From sequence record OP764672.1: a DNA stretch of 64,000 nt, one strand, 5' to 3'. The position numbers were made by a program, and so were the translations under genes. This DNA is from Klebsiella phage VB_KpP_HS106. Below, piece by piece: positions 15,140 through 26,190 of this stretch. Under the pieces are notes generated by a model that was given only the letters and a program-made list of their open reading frames with translations, searched no databases and was not told the DNA's origin. Every line of letters begins with the position of its first letter. The stretch's first letter is position 1.

Positions 15140-16321
15140 ATGTCACCACTTGAGAAGATCCTCGACAAAGCCTTTACTACTCTGGCTTTGGATGAGAAGT
15201 ATGTGTTCTGGGCTTCAATGATCCTCAGATTAAAACATAAGGAAGTGCCCGCTGGGCACCCTTGTGATTCTGCTTACACGGATTCTTTAACCGTGTATTA
15301 CAACCAGAAATTCATGGAGATGCTCAAACCTGCTGAACACCCTTTTGTGGTGGCTCACGAAGTTGGGCATATTGTGCATGAACACTGCACTACTTTCCCT
15401 GGCGATCTGGATGAAGATCTGTGGAACCAGGCTGGTGACTATGTAATCAACCTGGAACTGAAAAAGTCTGGAATGCCAATGCCTACAACTATTAAGGTAC
15501 TGGTAGACTCCCGCTTTGATGGCATGACCACCATGCAGGTATACCGAATTCTTCAACAGGAAGAGGCTAAGAATCCAGGCACTCACAAGGGTAAGAACCC
15601 TATGCCTGATTTCAATAAACAGCCTCTGACTCAAGAAGATCAGGAAAGCCAGAAACAGCAAATTGATAGCATCTTATTAGGTGCTAACATGGCAGCTGAA
15701 ATGGCTGAGGCAAACCAGACTGGTAAACAGTTTGGGCGTGGTACTAAGGATATGGCTCGCCGTATTGAGGATCTCCTGAATCCCCCAATTCCATGGCAGC
15801 ACTATCTGAAGATCTTCTGTGAGAAGGTCACACGTAAGCCTGGTCGTACCTGGTCACGTCTTCGTCGTCGTATGCTGGTACACGATATCACTGCTCCAGA
15901 ACGCCGTGGTAAGTCCCTGGGACGTATTTCATGGGCTATTGACGTATCTGGTTCCATTGGAAAGAAAGAGTTCACCATCTTCTTAGGTGGTGTCTATCAG
16001 GTACTGAAACTGTTTAAACCCGACGAAATAAAGCTGTATCAGTTTGATACTGATATCAAGGATATCTCCCGGATCTGTACAGTGCGTGATCTGCTCAATG
16101 TTAAATTCAGTGGTGGTGGTGGTACTTGTATCGACAGTACTATTGAAGACTTCGCCCGTGATAAAGCATCACTGGGGATGTTCATCCTGACTGATGGTTA
16201 CCTCAGCCAGCACAATCTGGTAGATCCTAAACGTCCTGTAATCTGGTTCGTTTATGATAACCCCAACTTTGTACCAAAATTTGGCAAAGTGGTTCACTTT
16301 ACAATGGAAGGGCTTGTATAG
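15140..16321 (+). CDS. von Willebrand factor A domain protein with N-terminal HExxH metallopeptidase-like motif
   Basis: MIDAS motif AIDVSGSIG. HEVGHIVHEH motif. Confidence 0.65.
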   Translation: MSPLEKILDKAFTTLALDEKYVFWASMILRLKHKEVPAGHPCDSAYTDSLTVYYNQKFMEMLKPAEHPFVVAHEVGHIVHEHCTTFPGDLDEDLWNQAGDYVINLELKKSGMPMPTTIKVLVDSRFDGMTTMQVYRILQQEEAKNPGTHKGKNPMPDFNKQPLTQEDQESQKQQIDSILLGANMAAEMAEANQTGKQFGRGTKDMARRIEDLLNPPIPWQHYLKIFCEKVTRKPGRTWSRLRRRMLVHDITAPERRGKSLGRISWAIDVSGSIGKKEFTIFLGGVYQVLKLFKPDEIKLYQFDTDIKDISRICTVRDLLNVKFSGGGGTCIDSTIEDFARDKASLGMFILTDGYLSQHNLVDPKRPVIWFVYDNPNFVPKFGKVVHFTMEGLV

Positions 16322-16345
16322 AAGCCCCCTTAACCAGGAGCATTT

Positions 16346-17743
16346 ATGCAGCTATCCCAAGGCCAACAGAAAGCCTGTGAGTTCATCACGGACTTTCTGC
16401 TTAACAAACATCAACCTCATGATATCTATGTCCCCCGCTTTAAGGGGGATGAAGATCCCATGATATTCAACAGTAATCAGGTAATGGTTTTATCTGGTGC
16501 TGCTGGTACAGGTAAAACCACCGTCATTAAGTATGTGCTTGAACATCTGGAAAAAGTACAGAAGACGATGGAAGCACTAGGGATTAAAGTGCAGCGTAAC
16601 CCCCGTACTGAATTCACAGCTACCACCAATAAGGCTGCTGAAGCTTTCGAACATGCTATGGGATGTACTGCAAAAACAATCCATAGCTTGCTTCGTCTGG
16701 GCATGGAAGAAGATCCTAAGACTTATAAGGATGTTCTCGTATCCCATAAACCAGATGAGTTGCTGTGGAATACCTTCGTCTTTGTCGATGAAGCCAGCTA
16801 CATCGATATGACCTTGTTAGAGCATATCTATATGAAGCTGGGTAAAGGCACCAAAGTAATCTTCATGGGTGATAAAGCCCAATGTAAGACTGCTGAAGGT
16901 GACTTGCCTGTATTCGAAGAAGGGCGCTTCCCCATGGTCGAGTTAACTCAGATCATGAGACAGTCTGATGATAGCCCTGTACAGGCATTATCTAAGCGTC
17001 TGCGTCAATGGGTGCTTGAAGGTGGCCCTACACCTCCATGTAATGTGGATGGTAAGAACATCATCTGGGTAGAACGTAGTAAGTTCGAAGCAGGGATGAT
17101 CAGGGATATGTCCCGTGATGAATGGGAATACTCCACCAGCAAATTCCTGGCCTTTACCAACAAGCGAGTGAACGAAGTAAACCATAAGATTTATTCTCAG
17201 GTTACTGGCTCTCAGACACTCAGAGAAGGTGACTATGCGATCTGTAACAGCTATGTAGGTGGCATCAAGAATGTCCTCCCTGCTATCGGCACAGACCGCC
17301 TAGTTTACCTTACTGGTTTGGAACCAGATAAAGAATTGGGTGAAGCAGGTCACTGGGTTTATACCGACCGTAACCGTAAAGGTTCCAAGGACTTTAAATC
17401 AGGGGAAATAGTCCAAGCTTATTTCATGCCCAATGACAAAAAGGCTAAAGATAAGCTATTACGTCGTTTCTCCAAAAAGCTTCAGGAAATGGTTTTTGCA
17501 GAAAATCCTGAAGAATTCACCAAGATCAAAAATGCTTTGGATAAGGTTAAGAATACCTGGATCGATCTGCGTCCAGTGTTTGGATGCACTATCCATAAAG
17601 CACAAGGTTCTACCTTCCGCCGTGTCTATGTGGACTTGGGTGATCTCAACCGTTGCCGGGATATCGATCAGTTAAGGCGACTGCTTTACGTAGCTATTTC
17701 TCGTGCTCGTTTGCAGGTAGTACTTACCGGAGACATACCATGA
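16346..17743 (+). CDS. SF1 DNA helicase (Dda/RecD-like)
   Basis: Walker A GAAGTGKTT, Walker B FVDEAS, motif VI IHKAQGSTF. Confidence 0.8.
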   Translation: MQLSQGQQKACEFITDFLLNKHQPHDIYVPRFKGDEDPMIFNSNQVMVLSGAAGTGKTTVIKYVLEHLEKVQKTMEALGIKVQRNPRTEFTATTNKAAEAFEHAMGCTAKTIHSLLRLGMEEDPKTYKDVLVSHKPDELLWNTFVFVDEASYIDMTLLEHIYMKLGKGTKVIFMGDKAQCKTAEGDLPVFEEGRFPMVELTQIMRQSDDSPVQALSKRLRQWVLEGGPTPPCNVDGKNIIWVERSKFEAGMIRDMSRDEWEYSTSKFLAFTNKRVNEVNHKIYSQVTGSQTLREGDYAICNSYVGGIKNVLPAIGTDRLVYLTGLEPDKELGEAGHWVYTDRNRKGSKDFKSGEIVQAYFMPNDKKAKDKLLRRFSKKLQEMVFAENPEEFTKIKNALDKVKNTWIDLRPVFGCTIHKAQGSTFRRVYVDLGDLNRCRDIDQLRRLLYVAISRARLQVVLTGDIP

Positions 17744-18261
17744 TAATTAAGACCACTGAAATGGATCTTTTTTGTCGATGTTTCAAACAGGCTATGTTTG
17801 ATAAAGCCAAAAAAGACTTTAAAGTTTGGGTGCTTGAGGAAATAGTACCTAAGCACAAAGCTTTAACAGGCTCTGTGTATTTCACGAGAAACGGGGAGCA
17901 TTATCCAGCTTACATACTGGACGATGCACCTGTAATTCAACTACACCCTTCATTATGTGAAGCCTTTGACGAACGATATGATCAGTTACGTCAAATGGAA
18001 GAGCTTGAGGGTAATTACTACGAATATCTCCTGAGGGATCTCGTAGCTAATAGTGGCAGTCTATCTGACTTTTATGTCCTTCTGCCTGAAGCTATGCATG
18101 AAACCATCAGATCACTAGGATTAAAAACTCATGATGAACCCACTTCGGTATCTTCAGAGCAAATCGTAGAATTCCGTAAAGAACATGCAAAAGCAATCTC
18201 AATGTTTAAACGTCGTAAAACGATGGAAAGCATTGGGGTTAACAAAGGATCAATCATATGA
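17740..18261 (+). CDS. Hypothetical protein (ATGA-coupled to the helicase)
   Basis: The internal ATG overlaps the helicase stop. Confidence 0.45.
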   Translation: MIIKTTEMDLFCRCFKQAMFDKAKKDFKVWVLEEIVPKHKALTGSVYFTRNGEHYPAYILDDAPVIQLHPSLCEAFDERYDQLRQMEELEGNYYEYLLRDLVANSGSLSDFYVLLPEAMHETIRSLGLKTHDEPTSVSSEQIVEFRKEHAKAISMFKRRKTMESIGVNKGSII

Positions 18262-18614
18262 AAACTGAAATTAAAGTAGGTGAGTACACTGTTATTCACG
18301 AAAATGGTACTAATTTTCATGCTTTGCGCCATGGTGAACAATGGCGAGATCTTACCGGGGATAATCTGGTATTAGCTTTGGTTAGCCGCATCGAACAGTT
18401 GGAAAAGCTATGGCTTGAGCCAACTGAACAGATGGTCAATGCTGGTTTAGCTGAAATTCAAATCTGGTTAGATAACCTGAGTGAACTTCGTATTAACCAA
18501 GAAGGTAGCAATGGTTATATTGACCCGGAATTGGTAACTGACGAAGAAGCTTCTGATGCTGCTGTATTCACTCTGCAAGCTATGGCAAGCAAGCTGCCTA
18601 AAGAGCCTGAGTAA
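18258..18614 (+). CDS. Hypothetical protein
   Basis: ATGA overlap upstream. Confidence 0.45.
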   Translation: MKTEIKVGEYTVIHENGTNFHALRHGEQWRDLTGDNLVLALVSRIEQLEKLWLEPTEQMVNAGLAEIQIWLDNLSELRINQEGSNGYIDPELVTDEEASDAAVFTLQAMASKLPKEPE

Positions 18615-18982
18615 TGGCCTCATCAATTAGGAGGCCATGGGCTAAAGAAGAAAAAAGCTTCCTGATTGATAATTACCTACGTGGTATGCCCATTAAAAGA
18701 CTTGCTGTCTGTTTGGGGAGATCTGTTAACTCAATAGACTCTGCAATCCGGGTGCTTGGACTTTCTGAATTGCGTAAAGAGATCAGAGATGAAACCAGAA
18801 TTAAAATCCTGGATTATCTCTTTGATCACACGCTGGAACAGGCCGAAGCTCACTTTAATATCTCCCATCGTCTTGCCAGACGAATAGCTGATAGCTATCC
18901 GGGAGGACTCAAAAACCTACGTTTTGAAAGGAAAAGAAATGCCGCTCTCGAAGCAACAAGTCATCTTCCTCAAGATGGCTAA
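18614..18982 (+). CDS. Hypothetical protein with possible HTH
   Basis: TAATG overlap upstream. Confidence 0.4.
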   Translation: MASSIRRPWAKEEKSFLIDNYLRGMPIKRLAVCLGRSVNSIDSAIRVLGLSELRKEIRDETRIKILDYLFDHTLEQAEAHFNISHRLARRIADSYPGGLKNLRFERKRNAALEATSHLPQDG

Positions 18983-19118
18983 GTCTGGTACTGCCCCTCG
19001 TTCTAATAAAAACCGTACAGGAACTGCTTTAGCTAAAGCTGGCCTTATCAAGTTTAATCAGATGTATGGCTGGCACCTCACGCCACAAGGCATTGAAGCC
19101 TTAAATCAAGCTGCCTAA
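18924..19118 (+). CDS. Hypothetical small protein
   Basis: ORF followed by a terminator. Confidence 0.35.
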   Translation: MKGKEMPLSKQQVIFLKMAKSGTAPRSNKNRTGTALAKAGLIKFNQMYGWHLTPQGIEALNQAA

Positions 19119-19125
19119 CAAATAA

Positions 19126-19150
19126 GCCAGATTTATTCTGGCTTTTTCTT
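19126..19150 (+). terminator. Rho-independent terminator agccaga-tttat-tctggct + TTTTTCTT
   Basis: 7-bp stem with a T-run. Confidence 0.75.
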
Positions 19151-19188
19151 ATTAAAAGTCTTAGTAAATCTTACTTGAGGATATTCAA

Positions 19189-21666
19189 ATGCAAGTTGCG
19201 GATATGCAAAACAAATCGACCTCTGCCTCTCTGGGTGCTGGGGAAACTCTCGCTGTATCCATGGTAGAGGATGCTGCATTTCTGATGATGCTGTCATCTA
19301 ACCTGTATTCAAACCAGCTTCTGGCAGCTATTCGTGAGCCGCTGTGCAACGCATGGGATGCTAACATCGAAGCTGGTACTACCGATCAACCCCTGAAGAT
19401 CTCCATCACTAATGATGGTGAACTGATCATTCAGGATAGTGGTCTGGGTATCCCCCCAGAGAAGATCGCCCAAATCTATGGCACTTATGGTGCTTCCACC
19501 AAGCGTAACGATAGCAAGACTACTGGTGGCTTTGGTCTGGGCAGTAAAGCTCCATGGGCACTTGTGGATGCCTTCCGTGTAACCTCTGAATACAACGGAA
19601 CCAAGACAGTCTATAACATGGCTCGTTCAGTAGTGGAGAACCAAGGCAAACCAGGTATTACACCTATGGTTAGCGTTCCTACTACTCGTTCTGGTTTAAC
19701 TGTCAGCTTCCGTTTAACCCTAGATCAAGCTCAGACAGCTCATACCTATCTGAAGTATCTGGTTATGCATGGTGAAATGAATGCAGAGCTCAGTTGGATG
19801 GGTGGCGAATTTGAGCCTCTGGATAAACTGGGGATGTCCCATGAACCGGGTTCTTGGAATATAGATGATGATGTTTGGTACAACAAGTACATGGGTAACC
19901 ACAGAATCTTTGTGCGCTATGGTGCTGTTATCTACCCAATGCTGTTTACAGAAGCTACCAGCAAAGCTACTGGGATGCTCTCAGAGTTTATGGAAATCGT
20001 TGGTATTCAACGTCTACTGGTTCAAGCAGCTCCTGATACTCTGGCGTTAACACCAGCTCGTGAAGCACTCTCCAGCCAGAAACTAACTGAAGATGGCTTG
20101 ACTGATCTATGTGTTCAGCTAGTTGCAAACATGGAAAAGGATATCATTGCCAAGATTCCATCTTCTATTGCTGCTACTTGCAATCGTATGCGTGAAGGTA
20201 AATTTTCTAATGGGCAACCTGCTATTGGCAGTCCTGCCAATATTATGGAGGAAATCCAACCTACTGTAGTCAAACGTTATCTGGGTAGCAATCTGGGGTC
20301 TTCTATTCGTAGGAAGTACTGGAAAGAACTCAAAGAAGCCGAACATGTTGGCTTTAAAAAGTTATACCAGTTTACTAAACCAGACTGGGTACATGCTAAT
20401 CAGGCTCTGTGGGACTTACGCAAAGCTACCACATATGGCAATCTCAGAACCCGTGAAGCTATCTATGCATTCCTTCGCAAACATACCATCAAACGTATTA
20501 TGCGAGGTATTGCTGGAGCTGATTTTATTTCGGTTAAGAGCTTACGTTTCAGTACCCAGGAAAATACCTGGTGGGGCCGTAATGTCTATAGCGATGGCTT
20601 TATGCGTCGTATCCCATTCTCTGGAACTCAGATCGTAACTTACCTTGAAAACCAGGTGGTGTTTCTCACTTCCCGTTTGAAAGGTATTGCTGCGAGTAAG
20701 TCTGCCTACGACGGATACGTGCAAGGGACTTCCAACGCTGCATGGGCACTGAAAGTGGATCCACGAGCTAAAGCTGCTGATATTGCTGTTGTCACTGCAA
20801 AGCTGGAAAAGCTTGGGTTTACTGTAGTGGATCTAACCCCAGGAGTAGAGTGGGATCCAGCCTATCGGGAAATTCTCGAAGCAAAGGAAAAGCGTGAGAA
20901 GAAAGCCAAGATTAAAGCTGAAAAACCAGGCAATAATCTGGGAACTGTCTCTGCTTATCTGAAGAATGGTAACTGGAAACTTAAAGGTGAAATTACTGCC
21001 TGTAAAGATCCAAGTCAGGTAAACCAGAATCCTAAGTATTTTATCTCTATTGATGATATTCATAGGGGTATGCTGGGAAGCTTTATTCATCTGAAGGATG
21101 CTACTCCAGAAGACTTGTTTGATGGGGTAGTTGTTCGCAATGGTATTGAACGTCGTATGGCTGAAAATCGTGGTGCTATTGACGTGGATGCTTACTTTAT
21201 ACCGCGTGTTAAGCAAGTGGTACTAAGCAAAGCATTTGCAAAGTATGTCACCAAAGAACGCCAGAAAGCCTTGGCTACTCAGCATCGTATCTCATCTCAG
21301 GATATCAAGCTGTGTACTAAACTCGGCATTAAACTGCCTGGTTTGGAGAAGCTACGGTACGATCCTTACTTTGAGCGTATTCTCAGCCTTACTCCATCTA
21401 CAGTAGCTGTTTATGCTTATACTCCAGAAGAGTATGAGAAGTTCAATGCAGATGAAAATTGGGATCCTATCCAAACCATCATGCGGGGTAGGCTGGAAGA
21501 GTTACCCTTTATCAAGAAATTGAAAGTGCTGCGTAGAGACGCTATGTTACGTGCCCTTGGGCATGGTGATGGTAGTGTCCTTCAGTGGCTCATTCAATAC
21601 CCAGAGCGGGCTTCTGCTCTGAAAACCATCGTTTTAAGTGCACTCAAAAACGGAACTAAATCATGA
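19189..21666 (+). CDS. rIIA: rIIA-like protein with N-terminal GHKL ATPase domain
   Basis: GHKL N-box EPLCNAWDA, G1 box DSGLGI, G2 box GGFGLGSKA. rIIA/rIIB homologs are known in N4. Confidence 0.6.
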   Translation: MQVADMQNKSTSASLGAGETLAVSMVEDAAFLMMLSSNLYSNQLLAAIREPLCNAWDANIEAGTTDQPLKISITNDGELIIQDSGLGIPPEKIAQIYGTYGASTKRNDSKTTGGFGLGSKAPWALVDAFRVTSEYNGTKTVYNMARSVVENQGKPGITPMVSVPTTRSGLTVSFRLTLDQAQTAHTYLKYLVMHGEMNAELSWMGGEFEPLDKLGMSHEPGSWNIDDDVWYNKYMGNHRIFVRYGAVIYPMLFTEATSKATGMLSEFMEIVGIQRLLVQAAPDTLALTPAREALSSQKLTEDGLTDLCVQLVANMEKDIIAKIPSSIAATCNRMREGKFSNGQPAIGSPANIMEEIQPTVVKRYLGSNLGSSIRRKYWKELKEAEHVGFKKLYQFTKPDWVHANQALWDLRKATTYGNLRTREAIYAFLRKHTIKRIMRGIAGADFISVKSLRFSTQENTWWGRNVYSDGFMRRIPFSGTQIVTYLENQVVFLTSRLKGIAASKSAYDGYVQGTSNAAWALKVDPRAKAADIAVVTAKLEKLGFTVVDLTPGVEWDPAYREILEAKEKREKKAKIKAEKPGNNLGTVSAYLKNGNWKLKGEITACKDPSQVNQNPKYFISIDDIHRGMLGSFIHLKDATPEDLFDGVVVRNGIERRMAENRGAIDVDAYFIPRVKQVVLSKAFAKYVTKERQKALATQHRISSQDIKLCTKLGIKLPGLEKLRYDPYFERILSLTPSTVAVYAYTPEEYEKFNADENWDPIQTIMRGRLEELPFIKKLKVLRRDAMLRALGHGDGSVLQWLIQYPERASALKTIVLSALKNGTKS

Positions 21667-23513
21667 AAAAATTAGTGACCATCGTAGGAATCTCTGTCGA
21701 TGCTCAGAATGCTGTCCTCTATTTAGAGGATGGCAGTACTGTGACCATTGCACAGGGTGATCCTCGTTTGCCGATCATCGTCGAAACAGCTAAAAAGTAC
21801 ATCCCTGTGGATGGCTCTGCGGTTGTAGACATTGCAGAACCTGTCAAGGTACGCAATGAATTTAAAGAAACTGAAGAAGGCACTGGGGGGCTTATCAAGT
21901 TCTTCCGTGTTGCCAAAAGTTTCGTCAAAAAGTTCATAGACACTGAATCCCCTGAAAAGGTGGATGAAGCTGTTGCTCATATCTCGCCACTGGAACTGGG
22001 TATTAAACCAGGCCAGACTATTCTGGATATGGAAGAAGCAGATGACACCACTTATGCTCTGGAAGCTCAACCTGCGGCTGTAGAAGCAGCAGAGGAAGCC
22101 CCTGTAGCTGAAGAGGTGAAACCTGTTGAGATGACCAACGATCAGAAAATCGAACTGGCTACAGCCCGTATGCGTGAGCTTGCAGGCAAAGGCAGTACTG
22201 TTGATGATCCTGATTTCCACAAACCAATCACGGATGAGGATCCTGACACTATTGTGGCAGTCAATACTCAGACGGGTAGTGTGATTCCTCATGCTCATAA
22301 GCTATCATCTCAGATGAAAGCAGCAAGTAAGCTGAAGGATTTCCGTGGTTTCGTAAACTTCCTGAACCGTCTGGAACCTGTCCTGAAAGATCGTGGGCAC
22401 TCTGCTGAAGACCTGATGAAGTTCATCGAACATGGTGACCTTCCTATTGCAGATGACGGCTGTATCGTTATCTACAAACGTCTCAAAGAGAAGCATGGTA
22501 CTTTCGTGGATGTTCACTCTGGGAACATCAAACAGAACGTGGGTTCCTATGTCTTCATGCGTCCGGGTCTGGTAGATCCTAACCGTCGTCAGGATTGCTC
22601 CAATGGCCTACACGTAGCTTCCCTGGGTTATCTCAGCAGCTTCTCTGGCAACGTTACTGTGATGGCTAAAGTACGTCCTGAAGACGTATTTGCTGTACCA
22701 GAATACAGCCACACTAAAATGCGGGTATGTGGTTATCACATTCTTGCTGTGCTGCCTGAAAGTCTGCGTGGGCATGTTAACAGTGGTGGTTCTATCTCTT
22801 CTATTCCAGAAGGTAAAGAGCTGCTGAATAAAGTTCTGCGTGGTGCTCATGTAGGCATCACTGAACTGGTTGAAGTAGGCGGTCACAATGGTAGTAATGT
22901 GACTTACACCAAGGTCGAAAATACTGAAGCAGTGAAAGCTGAAGAAGTACAAGTAGATCTGGTTAAAGAAACATTGGAACAGTCTGATCTGACAGAAGCA
23001 GCCCCTGTTGAAAAAGCAGCACCAGTGCTGGCTACTGATCTGAAGGAGTCTGCTCCATTTGTTGCCCCTGAGATCAAGAAGACTAAAATTGACCTCCTTT
23101 GGGAGCAATTTGAAGCTGCTTATCTGGCTGAAGATCTGGCTACTGCCCAGAAGTTTGCAGAGGAATTAATCTCTGCCAAACAGAAAGCTAAGAAAGGCTG
23201 GGCTAAACTGGGCATCTCTGCTGGAGATGCAGAGCTGATCCTATCCATTCGTGAAGCCAGTGATATCAAAGTCACTACTCCTGAAACAAAAGCTGAATCC
23301 CCAGCTAAACCAGAAGGTAAGGCTATGACAGTCAAAGAGCAGGCACAAGAGCTGTACCGTGTCTTCAAAGAGACTAAAGCCAAAGGTAACCGTGCTGACA
23401 CCAAAGATGCAGCAGGGGAACTTCAATTCTTCATGTCCTCTCGTAAGAAAGGGCCAAAAGCATTCGGACTTGATCCGAAAGTCAGTGAAGAATTGAAAAC
23501 CTGGCTTAAGTAG
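21663..23513 (+). CDS. rIIB: rIIB-like protein (acidic, A/E/K-rich); assigned by position and composition
   Basis: ATGA-coupled to the rIIA-like gene. Confidence 0.35.
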   Translation: MKKLVTIVGISVDAQNAVLYLEDGSTVTIAQGDPRLPIIVETAKKYIPVDGSAVVDIAEPVKVRNEFKETEEGTGGLIKFFRVAKSFVKKFIDTESPEKVDEAVAHISPLELGIKPGQTILDMEEADDTTYALEAQPAAVEAAEEAPVAEEVKPVEMTNDQKIELATARMRELAGKGSTVDDPDFHKPITDEDPDTIVAVNTQTGSVIPHAHKLSSQMKAASKLKDFRGFVNFLNRLEPVLKDRGHSAEDLMKFIEHGDLPIADDGCIVIYKRLKEKHGTFVDVHSGNIKQNVGSYVFMRPGLVDPNRRQDCSNGLHVASLGYLSSFSGNVTVMAKVRPEDVFAVPEYSHTKMRVCGYHILAVLPESLRGHVNSGGSISSIPEGKELLNKVLRGAHVGITELVEVGGHNGSNVTYTKVENTEAVKAEEVQVDLVKETLEQSDLTEAAPVEKAAPVLATDLKESAPFVAPEIKKTKIDLLWEQFEAAYLAEDLATAQKFAEELISAKQKAKKGWAKLGISAGDAELILSIREASDIKVTTPETKAESPAKPEGKAMTVKEQAQELYRVFKETKAKGNRADTKDAAGELQFFMSSRKKGPKAFGLDPKVSEELKTWLK

Positions 23514-23518
23514 TACCG

Positions 23519-23542
23519 AGGGGCTGCGGCCCCTCTTCTTTC
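23519..23542 (+). terminator. Terminator gaggggc-tgcg-gcccctc + TTCTTT
   Basis: GC stem with a T-rich tail. Confidence 0.6.
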
Positions 23543-23565
23543 GTATGCCACTAGAGAGGTAGGCT

Positions 23566-26190
23566 ATGCGTCATATAATGTTCGCTCATAAACCTGAATT
23601 CGAGACAGCAATACTCATCAAAGAGTCTGCTTTCTATCAGGATCAGATTGAGCGTCACTACGTTAACCCTTTAGTCGAAGCTGGCTATGCCAAAGAGAAT
23701 ATTCTGGCGTTTTCGCTGGAGTATGAATCCAATGGCAAAGCACCAGCTAAGTTCTGTAAAGATTATCTGGCTAAAATTCTCCCACAGCTAAAGAAGATGG
23801 GTGTTAAGTACATTTACTGTGCTGACTCCACTTACTTTAAATGTCTGGTTAAGAATGCCAAGATCGATGCAATGATCGGTTATGGCACTCCCTGTTCAAT
23901 ACCGGGGTATGAGGATATCGAGATACTGGTAGGTATTAACTATCAGGCTCTACTCTATAACCCAAACCAGGCAGATAAGCTGGAAATGTCTGTGCAAGCC
24001 TTAGCAGGTAAGGTAACCAATAGCTACAAAGCTTTGGGTGCTGATATACTGAAATGGGCCTTGTATCCCCAAACTGAAAAGGAAATTGACGAGGCATTTG
24101 CCAAGTTAATGACCTACCCTAAGCTGACCTGTGATATCGAAACTTTTAGTCTTGATATCTTTACTGCTGGTATCGGTACTATTGCTTTCAGCCCTGATAA
24201 CACAGGCGGTATAGCATTTACCTGTGATCTTGCAGTAAGTGAAGGGGAAAACTACCGTTGGTTTAACGAAGGCTTTCGTATTAAGCTGCGTAAGTTCTTT
24301 GAGGAATATAAGGGTAACCTGAAATTCCACAGGGCTAACTTTGATACCAAAGTACTGATCTATAACCTCTGGATGAAAGATCCCCTGGATAATGAAGGTT
24401 TACTGCGTGGCCTGGATTGTCTCTATCGAGATTGTGATGATACTCGCATCATTGCTTATCTCGCACTGAACAATACTGCAAAGAATGAACTGAGCTTGAA
24501 ACAGCTTGCTCATGAATTTGCAGGTAACTGGGCTATGTCTGACATTACCAATATCCTGGTGATCCCCCTGCCTGAACTGCTTCGCTATAACATCATCGAT
24601 ACCATGTCTACCTGGTATGTCTATAACAAGTATTACCCTGTTATGGTTCGTGATATGCAGCTTGAGCTGTATAAATACCTGATGATGCCAAGCCAGAAGA
24701 CAATCACTCAGATTGAACTTACTGGTATGCCTATGATCCCTGCTATGGTGAACAAGGCAGAGAAGCAATTACAGGAACTGCATGATCGAAGCCTTGAAAC
24801 TTTGTATGCACACCCCCTGGTTCAAAAAGCAGAAATGCTTATTCAAACCAGAGCAATGGAAGCTAAGAATGCCACTTTGAAGACTAAACAGTATCCTCTC
24901 AGTGCTTTCAGTCACCTTAAGTTCAACCCCAATAGTGGCAACCATCTGATCACTTTATTGTATGAAGTGATGAAACTTCCTGTGCTGGACAGGACCAAAA
25001 CCAAGCAACCATCTACGGCTGGTGCAACACTTAAGAAGCTGGAAAACCATGCTACTGAAAGTGGAAAGATAGTACTCAAAACTCTTCGTGAGTTTGGGGA
25101 TGGTGAGAAGATCCTCACCAGTTTTATACCCACCTTTAAAAATGCCTTTAACAAAGGCAATGGAAGATCTTACCTGCATGGTAACTTCAACCTGGGTGGT
25201 ACAGTATCAGGGCGATTAAGCTCATCGGATCCAAACCTACAGCAGCTACCTTCTGGGAGTACCTTCGGTAAACTCATCAAGAAATGCTTTGCTGCACCTG
25301 ATGGTTGGGTATTCGGTGGAGCAGACTTTAATGCCCTGGAAGACCGTATCAACGCACTGTTAACGCAAGATCCTAACAAGGTCAAAGTGTTTACGGATGG
25401 CTTTGACGGCCACTCATTACGTGCTGTGGGCTATTGGGGAGCCAAGTTAATGCCGGATATCGACATTAATGATCCAGCTTCTGTAAACCAGATAGCTGAG
25501 AAGGATCACCCATACTACCCGTTACGTAATAAGTCAAAAGCACCAAGCTTTGCACTCCAGTATCAGGGCACCTGGATTACTCTGGTTAAGAACTGTGGTT
25601 TCTCTGAAGAAGAAGCCAAAGAAACTGAAGCCAGTTTCCATGCTCTATATGCTGTATCTGGTGAATGGGTTAAAGAACGTATCAGACAAGCCTGTAACGA
25701 TGGCTATGCCACTGCTGCCTTTGGGCTGCGTATTCGTACCCCGCTCCTTGCACGTTCGATCCTGGATACTACCAAGACGCTACGTGAAGCTGAAGCTGAG
25801 GGACGTACATTGGGCAATGCTATCTCAGGTCAGTCCTATGGGCTGTTAACCAACCGTGCTGCTAATGAGTTCATGGAACGAGTATGGGCGTCAGAGTTTC
25901 GTTATGACATTCTGCCTGTGGCTCTAATTCATGATGCCATCTATGTACTGATGCGTAACAACGTAAGGGTAATCAAGTTTGTTAATGACAATCTGATTGA
26001 GTGTATGGCATGGAAAGGTTTACCTGAAATTGCCGATCCACGAATCCCTTTGCCGGCTGAACTGGACTTGTACTACCCCAACTGGGCCAATGCTATCACT
26101 CTGCCTAATAACCTGGCAGAAGATGATATAAAGCCCTTTGTGGCTAAAGCACTGGATAAGCTAAAACAAAAAGAGGCATCACATGCATAG
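23566..26190 (+). CDS. Family A DNA polymerase with 3'-5' exonuclease domain
   Basis: Exo I DIETFSLD. Motif A GADFNALEDR, motif B RNKSKAPSFALQYQG, motif C LIHDAIY. Confidence 0.9.
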   Translation: MRHIMFAHKPEFETAILIKESAFYQDQIERHYVNPLVEAGYAKENILAFSLEYESNGKAPAKFCKDYLAKILPQLKKMGVKYIYCADSTYFKCLVKNAKIDAMIGYGTPCSIPGYEDIEILVGINYQALLYNPNQADKLEMSVQALAGKVTNSYKALGADILKWALYPQTEKEIDEAFAKLMTYPKLTCDIETFSLDIFTAGIGTIAFSPDNTGGIAFTCDLAVSEGENYRWFNEGFRIKLRKFFEEYKGNLKFHRANFDTKVLIYNLWMKDPLDNEGLLRGLDCLYRDCDDTRIIAYLALNNTAKNELSLKQLAHEFAGNWAMSDITNILVIPLPELLRYNIIDTMSTWYVYNKYYPVMVRDMQLELYKYLMMPSQKTITQIELTGMPMIPAMVNKAEKQLQELHDRSLETLYAHPLVQKAEMLIQTRAMEAKNATLKTKQYPLSAFSHLKFNPNSGNHLITLLYEVMKLPVLDRTKTKQPSTAGATLKKLENHATESGKIVLKTLREFGDGEKILTSFIPTFKNAFNKGNGRSYLHGNFNLGGTVSGRLSSSDPNLQQLPSGSTFGKLIKKCFAAPDGWVFGGADFNALEDRINALLTQDPNKVKVFTDGFDGHSLRAVGYWGAKLMPDIDINDPASVNQIAEKDHPYYPLRNKSKAPSFALQYQGTWITLVKNCGFSEEEAKETEASFHALYAVSGEWVKERIRQACNDGYATAAFGLRIRTPLLARSILDTTKTLREAEAEGRTLGNAISGQSYGLLTNRAANEFMERVWASEFRYDILPVALIHDAIYVLMRNNVRVIKFVNDNLIECMAWKGLPEIADPRIPLPAELDLYYPNWANAITLPNNLAEDDIKPFVAKALDKLKQKEASHA

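Noticed and set aside
21723-22298. 191-aa minus-strand ORF inside the rIIB-like gene
   Set aside because: It is antisense to a coupled plus-strand gene and has a Cys/Phe-rich shadow composition.
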